Source: Pecten maximus
Lineage: Eukaryota
Length of the DNA: 64,000 nucleotides
Direction: 5' to 3'
NCBI RefSeq assembly: GCF_902652985.1
Contig: NC_047024.1
Span: forward strand, 35,588,001-35,652,000
Shown here piece by piece: positions 13,991 through 26,830 of the stretch. The notes under the pieces are model-generated. The model saw nothing but the letters and a program-made list of their open reading frames with translations. It was not told the DNA's origin and ran no database searches. Position 1 is the first letter of the stretch, and the number at the start of each line of letters is the position of its first letter. The position numbers and the translations under genes are program-made.

Positions 13991-15189
13991 TCAAATCCAA
14001 GGAGCAAGCTTCATATGATACAATCGGAGATCATTAAATGACACGTGACAATAGCGTGGCATGACCACGGTACCACGATTGAAATTCACTGTGATCTAAA
14101 ATTGATTCGAAAATCAATTTTTATAGAAACACCTCTAAACAATAATGTAAAAACAGGCAAAATCATCACTTCGAAATGGTTGATCTTATCAATATTATGC
14201 TTGTCCTGTTTCGCGGCATTTTTGTAATATTAGTTTTACATGTACTAGTAAAATTAGAAATATTCAAGAAGGGGATTGACGTTTAATTGATAATGACTGC
14301 ATTTCCTCTATTAAAGATATTTAGCTGGGAGAAAATTCGAATATTTTCCGAATGGGTAGAATCGGCAAGGGGGGTATACAAAATATATATTTTCAAGCAA
14401 AGTAGACACTGTGAAGGATAAATACTACAACATATGACAAGAAATCATTCCGCTATGATGAAGCTATCCAGATGTGTAATGAAATAACAAATGATATCAG
14501 GCAATCTGAAGACTACCAGGTTTCCATTAGGCTGATGTAAGTGTAGGACTGTTAGCTTCGCTCCACTAGTCCTACGGTATCAAGCTCTTGTTTTGTTTTT
14601 AAAGGTGCCTTGTGTTTTTCGCACACGTTTTCTGTTTCTTCAACTTTTTGCTCTGATATTTTATGCCTGCCATGATATATTGCTTTTAATGAGTATTTTA
14701 TTGAACCAAAGTTTTGCTGTAGGACTTAATGGTCTGTTATTGGTGTACATGTTTAAAGGGAGCTGTGATTCCATAACCGCAGGTATCCTTATATCAAGCA
14801 GACCTAAGCAGGTAATGGGCTCCCCTACCTTTTGGAAACTCGTGGTTTGACCGGGGAGTTGTAGAATTAACAATATTTACATGATAAGTACTTTTAAGTG
14901 AATTCAATTTATCATAATCTTGGATATTAACCTACGAGTTTGGTAGGTAGGGGCTGTCATAACCAACTGCTAGTTGGGCTTGAACTGTGATATGTCCTAC
15001 AAAATGTACCTGTCACACATGTACAATGTATCTTTTATGTCAAATATACTGCAGATATCCTATGTGCTACAATACCAGTTACTGTGATATCACTTTAAGC
15101 CTTCTGTGATATGATAATTTGATATGTAAGATGTTTGAATCATGGTTATAGTTAAGTTTCAAGTACTACTGTTCTTTATTTGATATGTT

Positions 15190-16730
15190 TGTATAGAATT
15201 ATATCCTATTACACGATGTATTAAGTAACATTTTATATGTGTATACAGAAATATGTCCTATTACAAGATGTATTAAGCTACATTGTAGATCTGTGTTTGT
15301 AGTATGTGTTATTACACGATGTAATAAGTTACATTTTATATGTGTATACAGAAGTATGTCCTATTACGCGGTGTATTAAGTTACATTGTAGATGTGTGTT
15401 TGTAGTATGTGTTATTACACGATGGAATAAGTTACATTTTATATGTGTATACAGAAGTATGTCCTATTACAAGATGTATTAAGCTACATTGTAGATCTGT
15501 GTTTGTAGTATGTGTTATTACACGATGTATTAAGTTACATTTTATATGTGTATACAGAAGTATGTCCTATTACACGATGGAATAAGTTACATTTATATGT
15601 GTATACAGAAGTATGTCCTATTACAAGATGTATTAAGCTACATTGTAGATCTGTGTTTGTAGTATGTGTTATTACACGATGTAATAAGTTACATCTTATT
15701 TGTTTGTTTGTAGTGTGTGTTATTACAAGATGTAATAAGTTACATTTTATATGTGTGTTTGTAGTATGTGTTATTACACGATGTATTAAGTTACAATGTA
15801 GATGTGTGTTTGTAGTATGTGTTATGACACGATGTATTAAGTTACATTGTAGATGTGTGTTTGTAGTATGTGTTATTACACGATGTATTAAGTTACATTT
15901 TATATGTGTATACAGAAGTATGTCCTATTACGCGGTGTATTAAGTTACATTGTAGATGTGTGTTTGTAGTATGTGTTATTACACGATGTATTAAGTTACA
16001 TTTTATATGTGTGTAAAGAAGTATGTCCTATTACGCGGTGTATTAAGTTACATTGTAGATGTGTGTTTGTAGTATGTGTTATTACACGATGTATTAAGTT
16101 ACATTTTATATGTGTATACAGAAGTATGTCCTATTACACGATGTATTAAGTTACATTGTAGATGTGTGTTTGTAGTATGTGTTATGACACGATGTAATAA
16201 GTTACATTTTATATGTGTATACAGAAGTATGTCCTATTACAAGATGTATTAAGCTACATTGTAGATGTGTGTTTGTAGTATGTGTTATTACACGATGTAA
16301 TAAGTTACATTTTATATGTGTATACAGAAGTATGTCCTATTACAAGATGTATTAAGCTACATTGTAGATCTGTGTTTGTAGTATGTGTTATTACACGATG
16401 GAATAAGTTACATTTTATATGTGTGTAAAGAAGTATGTCCTATTACAAGATGTATTAAGTTACATTGTAGATGTGTGTTTGTAGTGTGTGTTATTACACG
16501 ATGTAATAAATTACATTTTATTTGTTTGTTTGTAGTATGTGTTTTTACACGATGTATTAAGTTACATTTTATATGTGTATACAGAAGTATGCGTTATTAT
16601 ACGATGTAATAAATTACATTTTATATGTTTGTATTGACGTATGTGTTATTACACGATGTATTAATTTACATTTTATATGCATGTTTAGACCTGTGTTCTA
16701 TTACACTATGTATTTAGTTACATTTTCTGA
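15190..16730. repeat. Satellite of alternating 51- and 52-bp monomers (103-bp dimer)
   Basis: tatgtgttattacacgatgt..tacagaag alternates with tatgtcctattacaagatgt..tttgtag. Confidence 0.95.
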
Positions 16731-18575
16731 CTCTTGTTATTGCTTGGTTGCATAATCCTTCATCTTTGCTGTCATCATCTCTGCTTGGTTTTGTTTGTTT
16801 ATTGGGGTTTTTTTTTTTTTCATGTATTACTCTTTTTTTATCAGTGTTTGTCATGATAATAGCCCCAAAGAGATAATGTTTCATGTATCCATATTTTATA
16901 CGACAGTAAATAAAGATTCTTGAATCTTGAACATATTCTCATTATATGTTTTCAATGGTCATACAAACCTTAGAGAGGAAGGGTTATTTTTGGTGTGTTA
17001 TTCTCCGGTGATATTACATGTAATTAACATGACTTCAGAAGCTTTAATTTGCGTGGTAGTTGCAGGAAACATCGCCTTCGGTAACATCCTTCTCATTATG
17101 ATGCTTGACATCTGTATCATACTTCCGTGTCTGTGGTATACGATTATGGTCTTCAAGAATATCGGCTGGCTCATGTTGATGTCACATCTCAGACCATTTA
17201 GGGATGTATAATCAATGGTGTATAATTAATATAACATGTGTTTTCAAATTAAAGACATGTGATTGTACGACGGTATAAAATGTTAAAATTCCGTAGTTTA
17301 TATAAATATTCGCTTGATATTTTTTTCGCTCTATGTTTAAGAGCTAACGGCCATTTAACAGTGCACTGGGACCATTACACTGTATGGAACAAAGCAAGTA
17401 TATCAAACATTGGTATTTCACAAATTCTCTAGGGTCTGTTTTGGAAAAAAATATATGAAAAGAATCATTTAAAGTGAAAAAATAAACTACGTCCAAAACA
17501 TGCTCGAGAAACATCTTCCACAAAGTTACTAAAATTCCTGAAAATTACATGAAATTCAGTAATGTACAATTTCTTTTCAAACTTTAGAGCTATGTTCCTT
17601 TTTCAAAAATACTCCTGTATATCGTATAGCCGCTTATCTTGGCGTGTCAAATCTTTCGCGATTTTTATGTAGAATGTAAAAATAATGATAATTTATCGAA
17701 TTAAGATTTCGCGATCTAGCCCTAAGAGGGTATCTTATTTCCGCAAATATTGATACCGATGTTGAATAACAATAGTACAAACATTTCAAAGTTTAACAAG
17801 TTCCTTATGAAGATGAAATGAAGATGACATGGATTCAGTAATGTTTTACCTAATATTCACATGCAAAAAAAAAAAAAAAAAAGTTACAGATCCAAAAATC
17901 AAAAATTGGACTTCACATTAGAGCGAAGTTAATTTATATATACTTTATATAAGCAACAACAGATATTTATAATATCACGCCAAAAAATTACATATCCATT
18001 TAAGAATTATATCCCTAAATGTTTAACATGATAAATATCAAATTTCATGTCGAGGTTACACGAGTCTTAAGTTTTGTCTCAAAAGTTTAATAAGCCGCAC
18101 TTAGTTCGTGCCAATAAGTGTACACTAATGTTTTGTTGGGGCACTATTAGGCATGTTAGGGTTAATATTAGTCAATGTTTTTACATACAAGTACTGTTTA
18201 CAGAATTCAGTACCTTTATTGAAAATTACAAATTCTAACAAATCTAATGATATATTTTGATCTATATTTTCGCATGTTATTATTTTATGAACTGACCTTT
18301 AAATAACCAGGCTTGTCTTCGCGATAGAAACTATCACTTTTTCGGGGTTTTTTTATCAGTAAATTCTGTCGGTATTTGTTCTAAATATTTATTTGCATAT
18401 AAAGCATTCACACACCAGTATGGTTCAACAAGACTAGTGACCAATTTATATCTATCAACGAAATTATTCTGTTTAACCATGCAATCTTCGTTATATCATT
18501 AACAACTGTTAAATGAAGCATATAATATGTTCTGAACAATTCTCATAGTCAGACAACCTTGTATATAATAAATGA

Positions 18576-19250
18576 ATAGAGGATATTGAATGGTTTCCCG
18601 TTGAATATAACATATATTTCATGAATATGACAGAATATCGATAATTTAACGAGTGCGAAGCAAGAGTGAAAAGTATCGATATATTCTGTCATATGACTGA
18701 AATATATGTTATATTAAACGAGAAACCATTCAATTTTCTATCTATTGCATTTTACATACTTAAAAACATAATTAAAAACATCGAAAAATGAATAGTGTCA
18801 AAAAGTGCGGGAATCAGTAACATAACTCATGACGTCGCTTTTTGTGACCTTACTCCGCGTCAACTTGGCGGCGCCATTTTGAAAGGACTGATAAGCGCAA
18901 TTTAAGCGATTACCCCTGTTTTCGAAGAATCTGTGCATGAAAAGTTAATGTCAATTGCGTATTTTGTCATAAAACTAGTTTGAATATTTCAGGATTGCAG
19001 AAGAATAACCAGTCTATCTCTCATCTCTTCAATTTGAAAATTCGGCAAGTTTCAATGAGGTTTTCTCTGATTGGTTAAAAACGAAAAACTTTTAATTTTT
19101 AATGCAAAACTTACATTTCACTGCAAAATGTTACATTTTCACTGCTCATCGCTGCAGTGAAAACATGATTTTTATCAGTTTGATCAGTTTTTAGATTTCC
19201 TGGCAACAATGCGAAAAAAACAACAACAAAAAAACATGGATATTGCAATA
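18576..19250. mobile_element. Non-autonomous terminal-hairpin element E3
   Basis: Hairpin 18576-18741 (atagaggatattgaatggtttc..gaaaccattcaattttctat) with gtGCGAAGCa at the apex, then tattgca (18743) and tgcaata (19244-19250). Confidence 0.65.
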
Positions 19251-20044
19251 TTCATCCGTATCTTATTTTCGTGATCACATTAATGACCTGCGAAATAGCG
19301 AACATATAATCCCCGCAAAGATCTTGGGATCGTATCCTACCAAAATAGTAAGTTGCTGAGATTACCATACTTTGAGACATCTGAAAGTATTATCTGTAAC
19401 ACAGTCAACTCATGCATTATGGGAGAAGTCGTCTATAAGTTGCTAAAACTTGCTGACTAATCCCTTTGTCATTTTATGTCAATAAAATATGTTTAAACTA
19501 AAAATCATGCATGATTGGACCAAGCCACCTATAACTATTGACAGGTAGTTCTACCTTTCAGTACACACATTAAATGTGTTACAGGTAGTTCACACAAAGT
19601 ATTATAGATCACAGTTCCCAGATAGCCGTGCAACATTCCTTAATGACGGAGCATATGGCAAAACTAATCCACCGAAATATTTATATATATAACTATGCAA
19701 AATACTTGAACAATGCACAATAGGAATTGTTATTTTTATCTCGTAAAACAATGCTTGAAGTATGACAGGTATCCATTCACCATGATATTATTTATTTTTA
19801 TTTATTTTGACCATTTCTCTGATTTAACATTTGTGTAAAATGTTCCTATCTGAATGAAATTAAAGAACGGAACTGGAAATGATAAGTTTATTAACCTATA
19901 GAATCGATTTGAGATTGTTGTTAAGCAATGTTGGAACATTTATCAAGGAACATTTCGCGTGTCGTCATATTAATGTCTAAAGGTCATCAGGTCTTTCTTT
20001 AATATTTGTTAAAGTGTAATAATGTATTGATTCTATTGTCCTAG

Positions 20045-20150
20045 AAAACCGACACTATCGGTAAGTATGGTTAAATATTTTACCAAGAAATATGATTATT
20101 CAGATATGTAATGAAGCTTATAATCCTTTACAAATTGTCTTTTATTTCAG
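20045..20150 (+). other. Putative 16-nt 5'UTR exon (20045-20060) and 90-nt intron (20061-20150) of the GPCR gene
   Basis: ctag|aaaaccgacactatcg|gtaagt ... tttatttcag| gives canonical splice signals upstream of the CDS. Confidence 0.45.
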
Positions 20151-20503
20151 AGATATTTAGGTTTTAATCCTATGTATAAATCTACGGAGAAGCAATGTGC
20201 CGTTAATTCGTTGGTCATATATAGGTCAGCATCACAAAGCCGAACATCTTTATCTACATGACAATTGACAACTTATTCTTTTCCAGCTTGTCACCACCGA
20301 GTGACAATTCAAACTACACATCAATTGATTTCCTCGTAGTGGGGCGATGCTGACTTAATCCAATAACATCACCTGTAAATGTGAGACGCTGACAGCGATA
20401 CAACACAACAGCTTTGGTAGCGGACTGGTGCGGCGGCAGTCGATCAGATCAGAGGACGGATGAACACATATAATCTCCATTCCAAGACATCTCTTTATAC
20501 AAT

Positions 20504-21463
20504 ATGGACATTTATGTATACATTCTGCCGGTTTTTATTGTCACGGGCACCATAGGCAACGTGCTGACTATGAGTGTCTACTACAGAAAACCTCTACGTT
20601 CTTTTTCTATTGGGCTCTACTTGTTTGTGTACTCGATAGAAAATACTTTGATCCTGTTTTTAGTTTACGGGAGTTCTTGGATTGCCCAAGTGACACCCCA
20701 TCCCGAGGCTGAAAACCTCTCCGATTGGGGATGCCGGGTCTCTCAGTACGCCTACAGGATGGTCATGCATTGTGGAATTTGGATTTTAGTATCAATGACG
20801 CTGGATAGATATATCTACGTTTGTCATCCTCAGACGGCAAACGACTTTTGCAAAGTGTTTACGTCCAAAGCTGTTCTGCTTCTGATCATCATTGGGGTGA
20901 CGGTTGTCAGCATTCATGCGATGTGGACTTACGAACTACGTGACGGTCATTGCTTGCCCCTCTTGCAGAGCCTTCATTACATCATATGGAACTGGTTTTC
21001 AGCTAGCTGCCTCTCATTCATACCTCTTTTGCTTCTTCTTGTGCTGGATATTCTACTAGTGATTGGACTTTGTACCCGGGGATATGGTACGAGCAGTATG
21101 TGTGCTGATCTTACAAATACTGTACTCGGACTTTCTTTAATATATCTTATTCTAGCACTTCCGGCTACGATCGTGAACGTTATTTATTATATCATGCCCC
21201 CTAGCAGTTTTGCTGATACAGACTTCATTCAAGGCTTAAAACACGCCACCTCTATTGCTAACTACATGAGTTGTGGAAATCAAACAGTTATCTTCTTTGT
21301 TTGTGTGACATTTTCGTCCTCGTTTCGGGGGGAACTGAAGGATCTAATGTTGTGTTGCAGTTCAAAGGGCGACAAAACTGTAAGTAGTGAGCTGACGATA
21401 CTAACGGCCATAAAAGACGTTCAACTCGAACATTCCAACAACGATAACGAAACACTATTGTAG
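20504..21463 (+). CDS. Class A (rhodopsin-like) GPCR, FMRFamide/orphan peptide-receptor-like, intronless CDS
   Basis: 319-aa ORF with 7 hydrophobic segments, TM1 GN (GTIGNVL), ECL1 WGC, TM3 LDRYIYVCHP, ECL2 Cys, TM5 FIP, TM6 LP and a helix-8-like FRGELK. Confidence 0.93.
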   Translation: MDIYVYILPVFIVTGTIGNVLTMSVYYRKPLRSFSIGLYLFVYSIENTLILFLVYGSSWIAQVTPHPEAENLSDWGCRVSQYAYRMVMHCGIWILVSMTLDRYIYVCHPQTANDFCKVFTSKAVLLLIIIGVTVVSIHAMWTYELRDGHCLPLLQSLHYIIWNWFSASCLSFIPLLLLLVLDILLVIGLCTRGYGTSSMCADLTNTVLGLSLIYLILALPATIVNVIYYIMPPSSFADTDFIQGLKHATSIANYMSCGNQTVIFFVCVTFSSSFRGELKDLMLCCSSKGDKTVSSELTILTAIKDVQLEHSNNDNETLL

Positions 21464-22312
21464 CTGGTTATATATACTATATTATCTGTGTATCAAATAC
21501 AGTCAGACTCCGAATCAACACCCCAAAGTAAACAAATACACGTGTTCATTAAAATACCGACACTATCAGGAAACACGTGGCTGATTTGAATGAATTCGAC
21601 TTGATTGTTTTGTTTCTATGTTCTATGTTCTATTTTTAATCATCTATTGATAAGGTATGCATGACATTGCATATCATAAAAATGGCAAGGAGAAAGCACA
21701 AAAATATAAAGCATATTCTACTTCATGGATGACACCGATAAGTATGTTTGCTATCATATCTGATAAGAGTGATGTCCGTTGGCATAAGGGACCTCAAATT
21801 CCTTTTCATTTCATCAAAAGTTTTGGGGTTTTTTTGGTTCTTTTTAAGATTATTCATAAATCTTTTAGATTCGTTTCATGACTATATAAAATTAAATTAA
21901 ATTTATGTAATATATGATTTTTATTAATTGGTGAGGCTAGCGACATTGATGTCAAAAGCTGCTTTGTATTTGAAGTAACAGCAACTTTTACGGTAAAAGG
22001 TGATGACTCTTCGTAAAATTGGTAATGTAATAGTAAATTCAAAGTGCTGATATTTTACTATACCTTAATGAACTATTAATATATATATTATATATTTAAA
22101 CTGTACATATACTAGGTGTTGTACATCTGTTATATTACATCTATTTTTATATATAGGCAACCTTGTTTTTGTTCCGCTATAGCTTAGAATGACTGCAATG
22201 ATAATAATTTTTTTCAGGGGTTCTTTGTGCAAGCTACTATACCAATGCAAATGCCTTATTACTAGACTTTATCGTTTGGTTTATTGAAACTTGTCATCAC
22301 ATAGAACCTCTG

Positions 22313-22313
<1 letters not shown>

Positions 22314-22354
<41 letters not shown>

Positions 22355-22359
22355 GGGGG
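22314..22359. repeat. Poly-G tract (40 G plus G5)
   Basis: Direct reading. Confidence 0.95.
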
Positions 22360-23699
22360 CGTAAAACCAACATTTCAGCAAGAGGGCAAAATCTACAATC
22401 TTTCTTACAGAGGAAAACCAATATCTTAAGGCAATGGAGACATGGGAAGAAAAATGTTTTTTTTAGAAAGAAGAGACAGGATAAGATACAATATTTAGTC
22501 GTGATATTTCCATGATAAACTATGCCACACGGAAATGTCTTTATCACATATTGTTGCCTAAGGCGATTAGTTTACACAAATTTCATGTTGATCGCAAAAT
22601 ATCGGTCAAGGTTTGGCATTAAACCCGGTATGAATGCCGTATCCGCCTTTACATTGGGCAGTATTAGCGTAAAAATATAAAGTGGTTGGGTTAATCCTTC
22701 TTCTTTTCTGCTAGTTGTGATCCAAAAATGTTTCCTGTGATGATCGATTTTTTTGTTTTTTTTGTTTCGTGATTTTGTTAGAGAAAGGATTAAAACCGAA
22801 TTGTTCGTGTAGTGTTGAGAGCATCAAAGGATATGAGCCGCGAAACCTTCGAGTATAATTAGGCCATAAAATTGCCTGAAGAGTTCATTGTTAAATCATT
22901 TTTAGATTCCTGCAAAATTGATGTTATTGTTATATATCATTGCACCAACAGCACTTCAAGCTTTGATTCCCAGCCTCGATATACTTGGTCGAAATATGGC
23001 GATCTGTGTTCTGTAGCTGACCGCAAGGTACTCTGGGAAAGATTGATTATCATTTTGTACGGTTACTACGTTCTATGCTGTTTCTAGCATGAGAGATATT
23101 TCAAAGATATGCTGTACTTATATGATAATGCATTTGTGATTTTTTAAGATTCAACACTTTCATTCGACTGTAATGTTTAAGATGTTTTAATTAGACTATC
23201 AATAGATTATATACAATCATGCAGGTTGTTTGCTACGTTGTTTTTGTACTGTATTTAGTTTTATATAATTCAAACAATTATTTAAGATCACAATAAAGCA
23301 GTATTTTTTAAATCAAAATGAATTGGTCGAATTTTGATACTTCAGTATCATATCCGAGTCACTAGACAAGGATTGGGATATATAACACGTTAAATGATAC
23401 ATTTGATAGATGTGTTGAAAGTCAAAGGTTCCTACCCAGTACAACGCCACAACGGCTTCCTGCTAATCAGCATTTGGTATGTCGGAAGACAAATAGGTTT
23501 CATCCATGGAATCATGCTAAATCGGAATTTATTAATAATCTTTACATATTTATGCATGGTCCACATAAAACTCGAACAAGAGGTAGAATTCAAAGTGGTC
23601 ATCTTAAACAAGATGAAAATTTATCAAAAACACCAAAATATGTTAAGGTATCTGTTTTACAACAATTGCTAAACAAGTTATAACACCTATATAAATCAA

Positions 23700-23850
23700 T
23701 CATATTGACCCTGAGGGATAAGCTGTGGAAGGAAACCTGAGTACCTAATACATATGGCCGGGCAGGTGTTTTGCGTACCTTTTCACACTAGAACGGACGT
23801 GTCAACCCACTAAGGGTCAGGTTGTAATCACTGTCACTTTACCCAACGTT
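23700..23850 (-). mobile_element. Degenerate SINE fragment
   Basis: ggaaggaaacctgagtacc is the reverse complement of the ggtactc(c/t)ggtttcc core also seen at 26734-26750; this core is typical of invertebrate SINE central domains. Confidence 0.45.
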
Positions 23851-24082
23851 TGCCTTTTTTTTTTTTTTTTTTAATCATCCTCATTTTCAATATACAAATG
23901 TAACTCGAGTCGTCTGATAGTATAACGTCACCCGCTGTGTGTTTTGCCCACGATTCATGCACCATAATATACAATGTATATATATATATATATATATGCT
24001 TGTTTCGTGCAAAGACATCTGCGCGTGTTTGGAAAGGTTTGTGGGATATATATCGTAGTTGGTATAAAATCAATAATTAGTT

Positions 24083-26690
24083 ATATAGATAGTTTACCCA
24101 TCGTTACATTCTACATTATATGTCCCCATATAGATAGTTTACCCATCGTTACATTCTATGTTCCAATATAGATAGTTTACCCATCGTTACATTCTATGTT
24201 CCAATATAGATAGTTTACCCATCGTTACATTCTACATTATATGTCCCCATATAGATAGTTTACCCATCGTTACATTCTACATTATATGTCCCCATATAGA
24301 TAGTTTACCCATCGTTACATTCTATGTTCCAATATAGATAGTTTACCCATCGTTACATTCTATGTTCCAATATAGATAGTTTACCCATCGTTACATTCTA
24401 CATTATATGTCCCCATATAGATAGTTTACCCATCGTTACATTCTACATTATATGTCCCCATATAGATAGTTTATCCATCGTTACATTCTATGTTCCAATA
24501 TAGATAGTTTACCCATCGTTACATTCTATGTTCCAATATAGATAGTTTACCCATCGTTACATTCTATGTTCCAATATAGATAGTTTACCCATCGTTACAT
24601 TCTATGTTCCAATATAGATAGTTTACCCATCGTTACATTCTACATTATATGTCCCCATATAGATAGTTTACCCATCGTTACATTATATGTTCCAATATAG
24701 ATAGTTTACCCATCGTTACATTCTATGTTCCAATATAGATAGTTTACCCATCGTTACATTATATGTCCCCATATAGATAGTTTACCCATCGTTACATTCT
24801 ATGTTCCAATATAGATAGTTTACCCATCGTTACATTCTACATTATATGTCCCCATATAGATAGTTTATCCATCGTTACATTCTACATTATATGTCCCCAT
24901 ATAGATAGTTTACCCATCGTTACATTCTACATTATATGTCCCCATATAGATAGTTTACCCATCGTTACATTCTACATTATATGTCCCCATATAGATAGTT
25001 TATCCATCGTTACATTCTACATTATATGTCCCCATATAGATAGTTTACCCATCGTTACATTCTACATTATATGTCCCCATATAGATAGTTTACCCATCGT
25101 TACATTCTACATTATATGTCCCCATATAGATAGTTTATCCATCGTTACATTCTACATTATATGTCCCCATATAGATAGTTTATCCATCGTTACATTCTAC
25201 ATTATATGTCCCCATATAGATAGTTTATCCATCGTTACATTCTACATTATATGTCCCCATATAGATAGTTTACCCATCGTTACATTCTACATTATATGTC
25301 CCCATATAGATAGTTTACCCATCGTTACATTCTACATTATATGTCCCCATATAGATAGTTTACCCATCGTTACATTCTACATTATATGTCCCCATATAGA
25401 TAGTTTACCCATCGTTACATTCTATGTTCCAATATAGATAGTTTACCCATCGTTACATTCTATGTTCCAATATAGATAGTTTACCCATCGTTGCATTCTA
25501 AGTTCCAATATAGATAGTTTACCCATCGTTACATTCTATGTCCCCATATAGATAGTTTATCCATCGTTACATTCTACATTATATGTCCCCATATAGATAG
25601 TTTACCCATCGTTACATTCTACATTATATGTCCCCATATAGATAGTTTACCCATCGTTACATTCTATGTTCCAATATAGATAGTTTACCCATCGTTACAT
25701 TCTACATTATATGTCCCCATATAGATAGTTTACCCATCGTTACATTCTATGTTCCAATATAGATAGTTTACCCATCGTTACATTCTACATTATATGTCCC
25801 CATATAGATAGTTTACCCATCGTTACATTCTACATTATATGTTCCAATATAGATAGTTTACCCATCGTTACATTCTATGTTCCAATATAGATAGTTTACC
25901 CATCGTTACATTCTATGTTCCAATATAGATAGTTTACCCATCGTTACATTATATGTCCCCATATAGATAGTTTACCCATCGTTACATTCTATGTTCCAAT
26001 ATAGATAGTTTACCCATCGTTACATTCTATGTTCCAATATAGATAGTTTACCCATCGTTACATTCTACATTATATGTCCCCATATAGATAGTTTACCCAT
26101 CGTTACATTCTACATTATATGTCCCCATATAGATAGTTTATCCATCGTTACATTCTACATTATATGTCCCCATATAGATAGTTTACCCATCGTTACATTC
26201 TACATTATATGTCCCCATATAGATAGTTTACCCATCGTTACATTCTACATTATATGTCCCCATATAGATAGTTTACCCATCGTTACATTCTATGTTCCAA
26301 TATAGATAGTTTACCCATCGTTACATTCTATCTTCCAATATAGATAGTTTACCCATCGTTACATTCTATGTTCCAATATCAATATTTTACCCATCATTTC
26401 ATGCAACGTTTAAATATGTATACTTTACCCATCTTATTTAACCTATCATTACATTCTATCTTCCAATATATATAGTGTACCTATCTCTACATTCTATCTT
26501 CCAATATAGATAGTTTACCTATCATTACAATATATGTTCAAATGTAAATATTAACCTATCATTACATTCTATGTTCCAATGTAAATATTCACCTATCATT
26601 ACATTCTATCTTCCAATATAAATATTAACCTATCATTACAGTCTATCTTCCAATATAAATATTAACCTGTTATTACATTCTATGTTCATT
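24083..26690. repeat. Minisatellite of interspersed 38-bp and 45-bp variants
   Basis: atatagatagtttacccatcgttacattct followed by atgttcca (38) or acattatatgtcccc (45); near-perfect to ~26380, then degenerate. Confidence 0.98.
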
Positions 26691-26700
26691 ACATTACGAT

Positions 26701-26830
26701 GGGGGAGGGGGGGGGGGGGGGGAGGGGGGGGGTGGTACTCTGGTTTCCCTCCAGAGTAATACCCTCGCGCGCGCTTCCGCTTCCATCCTGACCCCCAAGA
26801 TGGATTGATATAAGTTCTCATAGCTTGTTT
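26701..26830 (+). mobile_element. G-tract followed by SINE core/3' fragment
   Basis: ggtactctggtttccctcc..ccctcgcgcgcgcttcc..gattgatataagtt after a ~32-nt G-rich run. Confidence 0.5.

Noticed and set aside
14590-14850. Possible Penelope-like ORF end (LMSILLNQSF) and terminal motif
   Set aside because: Similarity is too weak to support by eye.
20048-21567. accgacactatc 12-mer on both sides of the GPCR CDS as a retrocopy TSD
   Set aside because: No poly-A before the second copy, a candidate intron lies inside, and intronless CDSs are normal for this family.
24083-26380. CRISPR-like appearance of regular repeats here and at 37005-38540 and 52335-53528
   Set aside because: No unique spacers, no cas genes, eukaryotic context.
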